A stretch of 64,000 bases of DNA, from assembly GCA_002633005.1 (NCBI GenBank), contig NMRA01000082.1, positions 62,001-126,000 on the forward strand. Direction: 5' to 3'. Both the position numbers and the translations under genes were made by a program. Positions 48,901 through 60,900 of this stretch are shown one piece after another. Numbering within the stretch: the first letter of the stretch is position 1; each line of letters opens with the position of its first letter. The DNA comes from Phoronis australis. Its lineage: Eukaryota > Animalia > Phoronida. Under the pieces are notes generated by a model that was not told the origin of the DNA, did not search any database, and saw only the letters and a program-made list of their open reading frames with translations.

Positions 48901-51900
48901 TTTGATTGCCTAAAGTAAACATTGACAAATTCGTTTAGCTGGCGCACACTTTTTGTGTGGCTCGCTAGGAATTGTTTTGCCAATTCTCTCGTGTTTATCT
49001 TTCAACTGCGTCCCGGGAGCAGGTTTGCAAGAAAGCTCCAACCTCGTTTCCAAAACCTGTCAATTCGAGTTATGTTGGCTTGGTTTACACGTCTTCTAGG
49101 TTGTTTCGTGGCGTCAGATTTTTTATTATTCTCACTCTCTAAGAGGTTCATAGTAGCTGGTGTGCTTATGTTGGTCTTGTGGAGTTTTTATTANAGTCTC
49201 TGGGGGGCCTGTCAGTGGCCAGAACTTCAAGCACGAAAAGAATAGTTCTTGTGTAGATTATATGCAGCCCGTGCAACCTCACGCGACTACGAGGTGCTAA
49301 ATTCTTTTAATACGTGAGCAAACAACACCCTGTCGTTCCTGGCAAATAAAGTGTCGCCTGCCGTTCGACTCAGCATGGTAAAAAAGAAGAAAATGTATGA
49401 TCGGAATTAGAAATGTAAACGAACACGCGCGCGCGATTTGTTGTTTGAGCATAATGAAAAACCGACACAATTCTGCCTTGTACGATCTCACCAATAATGT
49501 CAGTCTTTGATTGCCAAAAGTAAACATTGACAAATTCGTTTAGCTGGCGCACACTTTTTGTGTGGCTCGCTAGGAATTGTTTTGCCAATTCTATCCGTGT
49601 TTATCTTTCAACTGCGTCCCGGGAGCAGGTTTGCAATAAAGCTTCAACCTCGTTTCCAAAACCTGTCAATTCTAGTTATGTTGGCTTGGTTTACACGTCT
49701 TCTAGGTTGTTTCGTGGCGTCAGATTTTTTTATTATTCTCACTCTCTAAGAGGTTCATAGTAGCTGGTGTGCTTATGTTGGTCTTGTGGAGTTTTCATTA
49801 GCGTTTAAAACTGAACGCGCGATGAGCGGAAGTTGAAAAAGATAAGATTAGAGAGCTCATACCAATAAAATAATCTACTAACTGTTTTCACGGTTAAGTA
49901 CATTGTATATACATACATGTTCAAAACATTTAACAATGTAGGGCAGTTGCTGGACAGTTTTGATTTAGCATAGTTGTGGGCGGTATGGTGGACCTGAGGA
50001 AAACTGCTTCACTGAGAATAATAGCGTATACATTACCAGCGTTAGAAACTCAGGAGTTTATTCTCGGGGACGGGGGCCGAGAGGACCTGGTATCCGTGGA
50101 AAAAGGGACGGGAAACATAGAGGAATCACCTAGTTTGAATTGGGTTGTGGAGAATCCGAAAATGGAAAGACCGACACGAAATCGATTCATCTTTTAGTGG
50201 AAGGATCCACGGAAATGTGATAACCAAAGCGTTAAATTTAGTTACGTATCTCCGAACTTGCTTGAACCGTCAGTTTAAGACCTAAAGTTTTAAGACTGCC
50301 CCAAGAGTTATCCTGCAGTCTGTTTTTGTTTCTCCGCGGGGTATTCCTTATCTACTATATCAATTTGTGTTTATGAAATAAAATATCTATACTGTGAATC
50401 CATACAATGAACATATTAAGACGTTCCATTTTTAGCCGAAACGTCATGTAAATGCACTGCTGAACGCTCAATCTGAAAGTACAAGAGAGAATGTATCTCT
50501 AACTTACTTTTTGGTCAGTGACCTCAACACTCTTTATCAAATTAAAATATATGTCAGTTATTGGAGTGTAGAGGTTGGCATCTCGTTTACTTCGATTACG
50601 GTTGTCAATTTGTGTTTACTGAGAGTTCCTCGTTTCTTTTCCAGGTACTGCAGTGTTCTGTCACACATGCTGGTGAGTAAAAACCCTTTATACCGTAGTC
50701 TAAAATTCCATTTTTGTTTAAATGTGTTGAAAACTCCGCATGATTGAAATCTATGTGCACCTATCACGTGGAACCGAGCGATAGACAGTTTTTGTTTTCC
50801 TGCAGTAGAGGAGCGGCAAGCGTTTGTTCGGTGTTGGAACCTCAAGTTGTTTTCTTGGACCTGTCTGGAACTTCATCGGTTGCTCTGTTTCCGTTTTCGT
50901 AAATTTAACAGACGTTTAAAAAGGCAAAGACTTATTTCACAAACAGACATTGTCTGCTTAAATGGAAATTCAAGGTTGACGTTTCTCTTGAATATCAACT
51001 TTCTCTGGTTTGGTTTGCAGTGAATGAACAGTTTCATTTGTGCTAATTAGCATCTTGAAAATTTTTCATTAGATTCGTTGTGGAAAAATTTTGTTTTGTT
51101 GCTGTCGACTGATGAAATGAAATCACCATTTGAAATATGGACTTGACAAAAGACTAATTTAAAACCTAATTTGCATGTGAGCCTACACCATTTGCTGCAA
51201 TGTTATGCGAACGTCAACATATGCGTTTAATATATTTCTTAATCAGGGACTTATTGATACATTTGTAACACTCTCACCTGACGCCATATTGTATCTCATC
51301 ATTTAAACCGCATTGTTACCGTATTTCGTTCGTACACCATTGCAGACGCAAGTTACATTTTCTAAGTCTAAGCAACTCAATTAATAGAGAAATGGAGATA
51401 CATGTATCTGTATCATCTTCAATCAGTGCCGTCTAACCAGTTCTTAGAAGGTCATAATTCAAGGAAATTAATGTGAACTATTCCACAATATGGACTGCAC
51501 AAGACGCTGATTTTTTTTTTTTTTTTTTTTTTTACTTGCACCTACGTTTTATGCCATTAATACTGGTTCAAGTGCATGCCTCGTGCTTCATTCCGGATAT
51601 AGATTACATCTCACGTCATATTCACCTACAGTCAATAGCTGCATATTCTGGTTATAGCCAGCGGCAGTTTAGAAAGCACTCTGAAACCTCGATCCTCTAA
51701 ATTACGCATTCGGTGCAAAAAGGCGCATTGTAATACCTCTAATCGTAGTCGATTTTGTTAATAGAAAGGATCACAGCGCTAATAGAAACTGGGAATGAGT
51801 GTGTTGAGGTTAACAAAAGCCTAATTAAGAATGCATGTAATTGACACTGAGCTGTCACACGAGTTGCACTCGTTTGAAAAAAGACGAAGCCCTGGCTTCA

Positions 51901-54900
51901 GTCGGAAACGTTACGGTGATTCGAGTCCCTCTCGGTTACATTGTTACTCCCATGATGCACTGTTTTCGCGACCCGAACCCATTAAAAAGCAGTTTAGGAA
52001 CATGTAAAGCTACGGCAGACATGGCAAAGCTGAAAATGCAATTGGTAAATGTGTATGTAGTCGATTAGGCTATAGCAGCCTTGAGACGATTCTCATGCCC
52101 TTGACTAAGTTCACAGTAAGTTAAAACTGATTATCTTTATTCCGCTTCTTTCTTTCCGTTGGCGCCGGGACTTTGGGTGTTGCCTTCTAGTTTTACACAA
52201 AGTAACACAAAGTAAGCACTCAAAATCTTGTCGATGACTACGCTTTGGCAACGCAGTGTAAGCACTCGCGAAACTGACAGTCGCACGAGATACAGTCTTG
52301 TCTGCGTCTCACAGGTGAGCAGACGACCTCACGTGACCTCATCAGGTTAGAGACAGCTAGCGTTCACATATGACATCTGACCAGAATACACAACAGACGG
52401 CTGATCAGTTGTATGAAAACATTTTCACGTGTGAAAGCTCGTTATATGTCTGTTCTGCCTTCTTATCTTCCTTCCCCAAAATCAGAAGGCAGATCTGTCC
52501 TTTCCCGTAAGAAGCCTACATACCAGTGACGTAACATGTCCACCCGTGGAGATAGCATTACAAGGCCTAGTGATTACCAGAACATTAGCATGTTATACAT
52601 TAATGTTATGCTAACTGGTCATAAGATGGCAGATAGGACGCTTATATTTAACACGCTAATTCTGCCGTCTACATATTTACAAAAATGCCGTATCTGAGCG
52701 AGTGAACGCGATAGCATTCAACTGTGTCTCTTGGCGGCAATTGTGTGTCCGAAATAATTGCAGATTGCACCTGGCCCATGTCCGCTAGGAGTCGTATAGG
52801 ACCTATTGAATGAAAATAACCTCTCTGGATTGTTTTGACCACCTTATCGATTTTAGACACGATAAAACGTCCTTCGTGGCCACAAATTCATAATCAATAA
52901 AACGACTTTGACAAGTTTCGATAAAAACGACATTCCGTGATTAAATCTGCAGAACTTGCCACTGCTCGTCTCCAGCCGAGGACCCTTGTAACGAAATGGA
53001 CTCACGAGTTGTCAAATGATTATCTATAGGGTAAAACACCGGTCTTCAAGATAAGAACATTCTTAACTCTCGTGGCGTATTAAATATATAAACACCTGTG
53101 TCATTGGTGTCATTGTTGTTTATAAAATTAAAATACATTGCATTACATAGCATTGCGTCATATTTAAAACATAACTGATGTAGGTATGGCCAACGACATA
53201 GAAACAACAATTCAACACTTCACACCAAAAATTTCGGCTTTCTATTTGGTTTATTGTCTAGAAAATCATTGTGTTTTCTCGGTTTAACAATAAATTGACT
53301 TTGAAAGTTTTATTGTTAGATTGTGTTAACAGTTCAAAGCTTTATGGGTGTTTTGATTATCGTTTTGAGCCAGTACCGTTTGCTTTGTTTTTTTCGATTG
53401 ACGATCCTGATATTACATGTGATAATTCTGTGGACCGAATACAGAACATTGGCTGCTCTAAGACTAGACCACAAACTTGATATATTCCTGTTCGAAATTT
53501 TACACTTAGGCGTGACATAATTATTTTTGCGTAGAACTTTTATCTAAAATGCATAGGCGGACCCGGACCGTCCCCCCCTTTTCCCTTGATTTTAGTGACA
53601 TCATATCTAGAATTTTCAAATTGTCGACTTGGCCCCTCTATTTAAAAAACCCTTGATCCGACCCCACTTTTAAAAAATCGTGGATCCGCCTCTGAAAGGC
53701 CACAGTATGTTCAGGTAATGAATTTGAAATATAGGCAATTACATTTTATGGAAGTGAAGCTTGGTCCGAAATTTATGTTTCCCACGTAACGAATACGCGC
53801 AACAAAATAGCGTATTTTTCTGCATGATACAGCAATGGATAAAAGGATTAGCTGACAAATAATAATTTTCAACCAATGCTATGACGAGTTGTGTAGATTC
53901 CGCGCGCTCTTACGTGTACTATGCGCACACTAGCGGGTAATTGTCATCGATCAGAGGAACACTTGAAATGTTGAATCTCACTAACGACATATTATATGCG
54001 CGCACACAGCCTAAAATGAATTTTTGCGAATATTTACCTTTTGATAAGATTCACTGGGTACGTTCCGAGCTATGATTGTGTATTCGCCGAATTTTGATAG
54101 TTCCTCCCTTTTTAGTGGACTTTTGTTTCGTTTTCTACTTTTTTGGGGTGTTTTGTCTCTGAGGCGGACCTTTCTTCCCTCTTCTCCAAATGGGGGCTCG
54201 AATAGACACGAGGATAAAGCATTAGATATTTGTAAAACACTGACATTAATCTGAGTCATTTTACTATAATCGGTATGCAGACGTACTTTTCCGCTGCACC
54301 TTAATTTGTCCGAAACTTAAATTTAGAAAGTAGCGCATTGTATAAACGCGAGGCATTTATTTTATGGTATTTTGGAATTCGCGCAACACGTGTGAACTAG
54401 AATGATATTCCAGTAATGAAAATTGATTGGTCAGTTTTAAAAATGTGTGATATACCTGCCCAGGTATGCAGAAACATAAATGCTAATTTGCTAAGTTCGT
54501 GTTGCGTGTCACGTGGATGAATTTGTTGATATCCAGCCTAAGAACATGGACAACACATCCTATTTCGTTTCGCTTGCACTTCGAGGTAGAACTGAGGCCA
54601 AGACAATCAATACGAACAAATTAGTTCTGTAAATTGGTAATTGCCGATAGAATTTGCGATTAATTGTTTTTGAACGTGCCTGGATGCGTCGTTCGCTTTC
54701 CAGCTCATTTTCAGTAACCTGGGATTGCCGTTATAAGCCTTTTTCGAGGTCAGATTTCCACGCCTGCTGACATTCAATAGTTTTCTACGCTCAGTCGTTA
54801 GTCTCCGATTTTAACTGTCCTGAAAATTGAAACTTTGTTGGCGTATTGGGGGCAGCTTTTGAAAATTTTCTCCAAAATGTACGCGGAATCGTATGACATT

Positions 54901-57900
54901 CCTTTCGAAATATTTCCAGGATGCTCGGTTTCACGTTTTCGATTTTTTTCATATACAGCATAAGATGATGATCGTAAAAGATCTCTCAATGATGACGTTG
55001 AAAACAAAGCAATTAAGAAACTATGATTTGAACCTTTTTAACCCCATTTGTAGTTCACTGTTGATTTTCTGGCTTTGAGTTATGTCAGTGTTTAGCCAAG
55101 GATGAGCGCGCAAATAGGACAACCTTTACGTCACAGATCAAGGTTTTGAATAACAAAATTACAGTAGTCTTCACGACCTTTCACAGTGACTTTAAAATGA
55201 GGTTGGTTTTCATACTGTGTGAGAAGTTCAACAGAATGATGAATGGCGTTGAAATCTTATCCAGTTTCATGAAAGATTAGCACTTTTTCAGCAAGCAGGC
55301 GCGTTTTTGAATAAAAATAGTTTTCGGCTGTTGTGCGTTTACGTTCCTTTATTGTTTAGGTGGCCATCTGTTTTCAGATATTTGAGTACACCAAAGTGTG
55401 CTTTACAATTCGAGCCAATTTATCAGCGATAGCATTTGACCTTAATGTTTTAATTTCTTGAGATGCTTTGTTGGACCGGTTGCATAAAAGTGACGCTTTT
55501 ACTGCGTTGTGTCAATCTACCTCCGGAGAAATATATATGAAATTAATACCACACAGCGTCTGAATTTAGTGCATTTCAACCAACCTAAACAAGCACTAGT
55601 TTGAATAGGTTAAAATGTGGTCGATGTCAGTTTAATAGCTGTTGTAACGAATCCGTAGACTTCCACGTTGTTTCGCAAAATGAGTGTAGAGATGCGTCAA
55701 TATCATGTCTCTCCAATCAAATTGTTAGTGTTATCGTACGTTTGAGTCTTTCTTTTCAGTCGTCGAGAACAGAAATTATTCACTGTTTGCCATTGAGATT
55801 TATTTCGCTCATAGTCAAGCACACGATGCTGTTATTACCCGTCGACACAGTTCACCAAGGCGAACAAGGTTGTAAAATTCTATGAATTCGTTCATCCGTC
55901 GCTAATCGCCATTTCATCATTTCTAACGTGCATTTGATGATTTCAAGATATTGTAACCCACCAGAGAGTCGTATGGTACATTTTGACAATTCGCAGAACG
56001 AAAGTGACACCCTGTCGCACACTGCAGTAAACAAAAAGCGAAGCTCTTTCACCGTGACGACGTTTGGGGAATTTGTCCCCGTTTCTATTCTTAGATTAGT
56101 TTACGTATCGCACGTTAGGGTCACTGGCCGCCATGTGCTAGCAAATGTATTTCTTCACAAGGCCTACGAACTACTAAAAGTCAAACAATGGACGAACTTT
56201 GTCGTACCATTTCCATATTTAATTAATTTAACATAGAATGTCCAAAGCCGTCAACTGTGATAACAACTTGAATAAAATTGCAAGAAATATAAGACGAGGG
56301 TCGACATAATACTCGAGGTCTCGACCATTGCCCTCCCTTAAAGCGAGGGAAAGAGAAATGCCCGAAAATTGTTTTTCATCTCAATTTATACCGAAGCTCG
56401 TCTTGGCGTGTATATTACCGTTTTACTCCTATATTATTTTTCTTATTTCATCCTGACTTAAAGTAGCCACGAATCCGTAAGAATATACAATTTTCGATTT
56501 AGTCAGAGTCTCCGTTACTGGTCTCGAATTGCTGCTTAGTTGGCATGATTCTAGACGTGGATATCACTCACAGTTCGTTAGTGCTTGCGACTAGTTCTAG
56601 TTCTACAAGCTGACTGGTCAAGGCGTGTTATTTCATTCTCCGACCAATGTCTCGAACAATAAAGAAACGTCCATCGTTTGCAAGTTATAATTTTTGACTG
56701 CAAATAGCTAATTCCCTCCATTGTCTGCCAAGTATTCGTTGAAACCATGTTTTCCAGTTAAATATTTTTAAAATACTCTGGCGTTTACTGAATAGGATTT
56801 ACATGTAGTGCAGTTGCAGAGTGTCTGGCTGCGAAGCGAAAAAAAATCGGGCACTGTTCCGCGTGGGGATTAATCTCAGAAACGCAAACTTTCTTGACGA
56901 TAGTATCTCTGTGAATCGTTACAAAAAGATATTTACACGGAGGATAACATCTGAGTTAGCCAAGGTAGTGTCTAATGATGGCAGTCTGAAAATAACGGGT
57001 TTTTTCATTTGCGTCTCGACATTACATCATTTTATTGCAGTAGCGACTTGTACATAAAGCGAAATTTTGTCTAAGTGTCATCAGCTTATTATTTTTGCAT
57101 TTTTAACTTATTCTTGCCTTGATGACGAAGTAAAGCATGTTTTGTACGCGTGTCAAGGCCGGAAACTGGACTCATCATGGATGTTTCCCGTGATCTCAAA
57201 AAAGGTGGGAGTTATTCGAGCCAGTTACGCAAGCTTATCGCCATCTTAGGAATTCGCCGGGACGTCGTATTTCTGGCATGCCCACCAGGTGCGTCTGAAT
57301 GAGATGAACTCGCGTAGCTGCAAATGTTTAGCAGCTGTACTTGCCGAATGTTTTGGAGAGGCTACGAATATTTTTGCGAGATTGTCAGTTATTTTTGCCC
57401 CCTTGCTATTACGATCGAATAACGTTCCCAAACACTAAAGTTTGTGTGTACCTTTCGCCAAGGAATTTGACCCTTTGACTAGAGCAATCGTTCGTACACA
57501 TGACGATGACGACGATGATGATTATGGCGGTGAAGTAGTTATGGATAGCACAATTACGATGCCGGAGCATGACGTAATAGAAACAAAGTCTGTTTGATAA
57601 GTGGGCGCTGTCCCACCACACTTCTAGTCCGCTAGTGAAAGTTTTCATCGAAGCACCTGTTTAAATTGTTAACGTTTATCGGACGAGATGGGCTTCTAAT
57701 CTATGCCTGACTTTTCTCGGCCAGGAATTCGAGTAAGTTTTCTTATTATTTAGGCCGTAGGTTACGAATGACTGCTCAGCCGTCGGCGGGGTTACTTGGG
57801 GTCAACAGCCCAGCGGAATTGGGTTTGCATATCATTACAAATATTTCATTTTAAGAAGCTTTTTAAAAATTTTGTTTTGGTCTCGGAAAACGGCAGGTAC

Positions 57901-60900
57901 TGTAACACGACAAACAGTTTCTGGTGGAACACATGAAATTATATTGCACAAAATTTCTGATGCCTAAAATGACATCCGATCCTTTCGCAATTGAAAACGT
58001 TTTCTATTACCTTTTACTCCGATGACGAATCAGTTTCGTTAGCTCTTATTTAATTTAAATGCAGATGACTTGAAAATCTGTCTCATGACTGCGAAAAATA
58101 TGAGACATGGTTTTCATTAGGACAAATCGACTTATTGAGAAACTAAACAGATTAGAAAAGCCATTTATTTCGTGCCCTTTGAGTTTCTGTCGGTCTCATC
58201 CGATATGGTGGTCTTTTGAAAGCGATATCAAATACCAGCTTCATTGGTTTGCTCACACGCTTAACCGATATTTCGACGTTAAAGTGAACAGTTAGAGTAA
58301 TAGGTGTATTTAGATTTCAGATTTGTCGTCTCGTTCGGAGATCCTTGATTGATTGGACTTCTGTTTTGAAAAGTGGCAGATGACACTTGCATTATTCGGA
58401 AGTTAAAGTCTGAATTTTAACTCAATTTGTCTGCGTGCCCTGTGAGCTTTTTCTTAATACGTTACCTTCCGTTTGCGAGTCTAGCAATTAAAGTATTAGA
58501 ACATTCTTGCTGCAATACGCATCTTGTTTTTTGCCCGTATTAGTCTTTCTTACGTGCGCTGGGCGGTGGATCTTTCATCCTCTGTTCAAGAATAAAATTG
58601 GATTTAACTGATTTCCGAAAACAAATTGAATTTGAGTTCAACTTTGCTTAGTACCTCACGTGAATCTTTTAAAAAATTACACGCATTACATTCAGGCTTC
58701 TCGCAGACCTAACTAAATTAAAGATGTACAGTACGAGTGAGGAAACATGAAATTTAATTTTAAAACACCTTGAGGGACCCTAAACTGAATCAACCAGTCA
58801 GACGTTACCGCGTTGAAAACAAGCCATAACACATAAACTGCCTCGTAAAAATCATCATTATATTAAATTGCAGACCTCCATTCACTCCGACACTTAAGAT
58901 AACACATCTGATATTTCACATTGAAAAGAAAATTATGGGTTTGCTAGCATATTTGCCACCGCTCTCTGTAAATCTTTTTAGCGAAGCATTTCAGTCGCGG
59001 TTCAGTTACAGCAAGGTATGCATTTCAGGCTTATTGCCACTTACAAGGATCCCAAATTTTGAGAACCAGTTTTCCGTACTGAATACCGCGCATCAGACTG
59101 GTTCTCAAAAACTGGCATCTCCCTGCATGTGACTATAGCCCATTAGAAATCAATTATCCGTGAAAAGATCACACTGAAAGTATACCTTACAACGAAACTG
59201 TCAAGAATTAGCGAAAGTCTCTAAAACCGTCAACAAATTGTAATACTTTGAACGTGAGCAAAGCCCAGCTCTTAACATGCTGACGATGCTGTAATTCAAA
59301 GTGGATTTACACCCAATTGAGCAAAAATATATATTGCCTCGCTTGCAATTCACCAAAAGTTATTTCGGAATCACTTTGTTCATTTTAGCCCCACACACCA
59401 CAACAGATGCAGCACAGAAATGCGTTGGGAAACCGGCCGACATCGTCTTCGTCATGGACAGTTCCAGCAGCATATATCCGCGTGACTTCCGGAAGCAGCG
59501 CAAGTTCGTGCAGAGTGTCATCAACATCTTTCCCATTGCGCATGACAAGATGAGGGTTGGCGTCCTGTCATACAGCAACTATCCCCAGCCTCATTTTGGG
59601 CTGAAAGCATTCAACGACAAGTCTGATATGAAAGGAGCCATTCATGAAATCCAGCAGACAGGAGGCGACACTGCTACAGACAAGGCAATCGAGTTCATGC
59701 ACAACACGTACTTCAACGAAACCCGTAAAGACGTTCCTAAGATTGGCATCATTATTACGGATGGTGAATCCGATAAGCCAGAGTTGACTGCCGAGGCGGC
59801 TAAAAAGGCCCAACATGCCGGCATTCATTTGTTCGCAATTGGGGTCGGCAAGAGCGTCAATCGGCAGGAACTTCTGGCTATTGCCAGTGAGCCAAAGGAA
59901 CAGAATATGTACATGGTGGACAAATTTGCGCAACTGGAACGAAAGGTCAAGGACGATCTTGCTATCAGAGCCTGTGAAGGTAATTTACGTATTTCAATTT
60001 CATTTAGTCTCATTTCTGCATATTCCGGTTACCCAATGGAAGACTTCATTTGAAATAACAACAAATCTGCTAGGTTTCCTATTAAGAGTGACAACATTTC
60101 AGAAAAATCAGTCGCTTTCAAAGTAACTCCGCTTACGAGTTTCAATCGATAACACGTGGAATGGTGTCAAAAGTTTTTTTTCTATAAATGACGAAGATTA
60201 GAAGCGAGTGCTGTTTTTGATTGATTGGGCAAAAAATGGCGGATGTTCTATTACAACATAATCAAGGCAAATTCAATCAAGAAATGAGCCAAATCGTGCC
60301 GCTGTAGTCAAAAAAGTCGCACACACGCGCCTGGAATGTTGCAAGCCGTGCGCACAAGACATGACCAATTAGCGAAAACCACACGGACGCACGCGAGGTT
60401 AATGTCAACTTCCGTTTGATTTTACAGTTAAAAGCCCAGTGAATGATGACAACAAAGTGGCGTTTGTACCCCCACCGGTTGTGTCACACGCCCCTCCTCC
60501 TAGGACGTGGCGAAAGAAGAAGCCTCCTACTGTTGTGACCATTGAAGGTAAGTAAATTAGGGGCATCGTGCTATTTAGGTTCGACATATGTCTTGCAGTG
60601 TAGAGATATAAAAGAAACTGATTTAAATCGAAAATGTGTCACTTATTATAACAGAATATTCCTGAAATATATGTTTCGATTTCTAGTATGTGCGGAAAAG
60701 TGTAGATTTCGTTGAGGAATTTTTTCCCTGTGACGTTGACACAGTGTAAGTCCCAAGTGGCTGTCTGGATAATACGGTGATACGCTGCCTGTGTTCAATC
60801 AAATATTCCTAAGGTTTTCTAAGTACACGTTTACCAAAAAACGAAATTTGCTGTTCGTTTCTTGCTACTTATTTCCCTTGATGAGTTTCGGTGGTTCAAA

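Noticed and set aside
57688-57738. ATG plus strong donor (gagtaagt) as the first exon of the VWA gene
   Set aside because: The ATG is followed by an immediate stop (MGF*); the exons at 45949 and 50645 give a much better signal peptide and phase fit.
59301-59388. N-terminal extension of the 250-aa ORF (and the similar extension of the 62207 ORF)
   Set aside because: Intronic read-through upstream of clear AG acceptors at 59388 and 62240.
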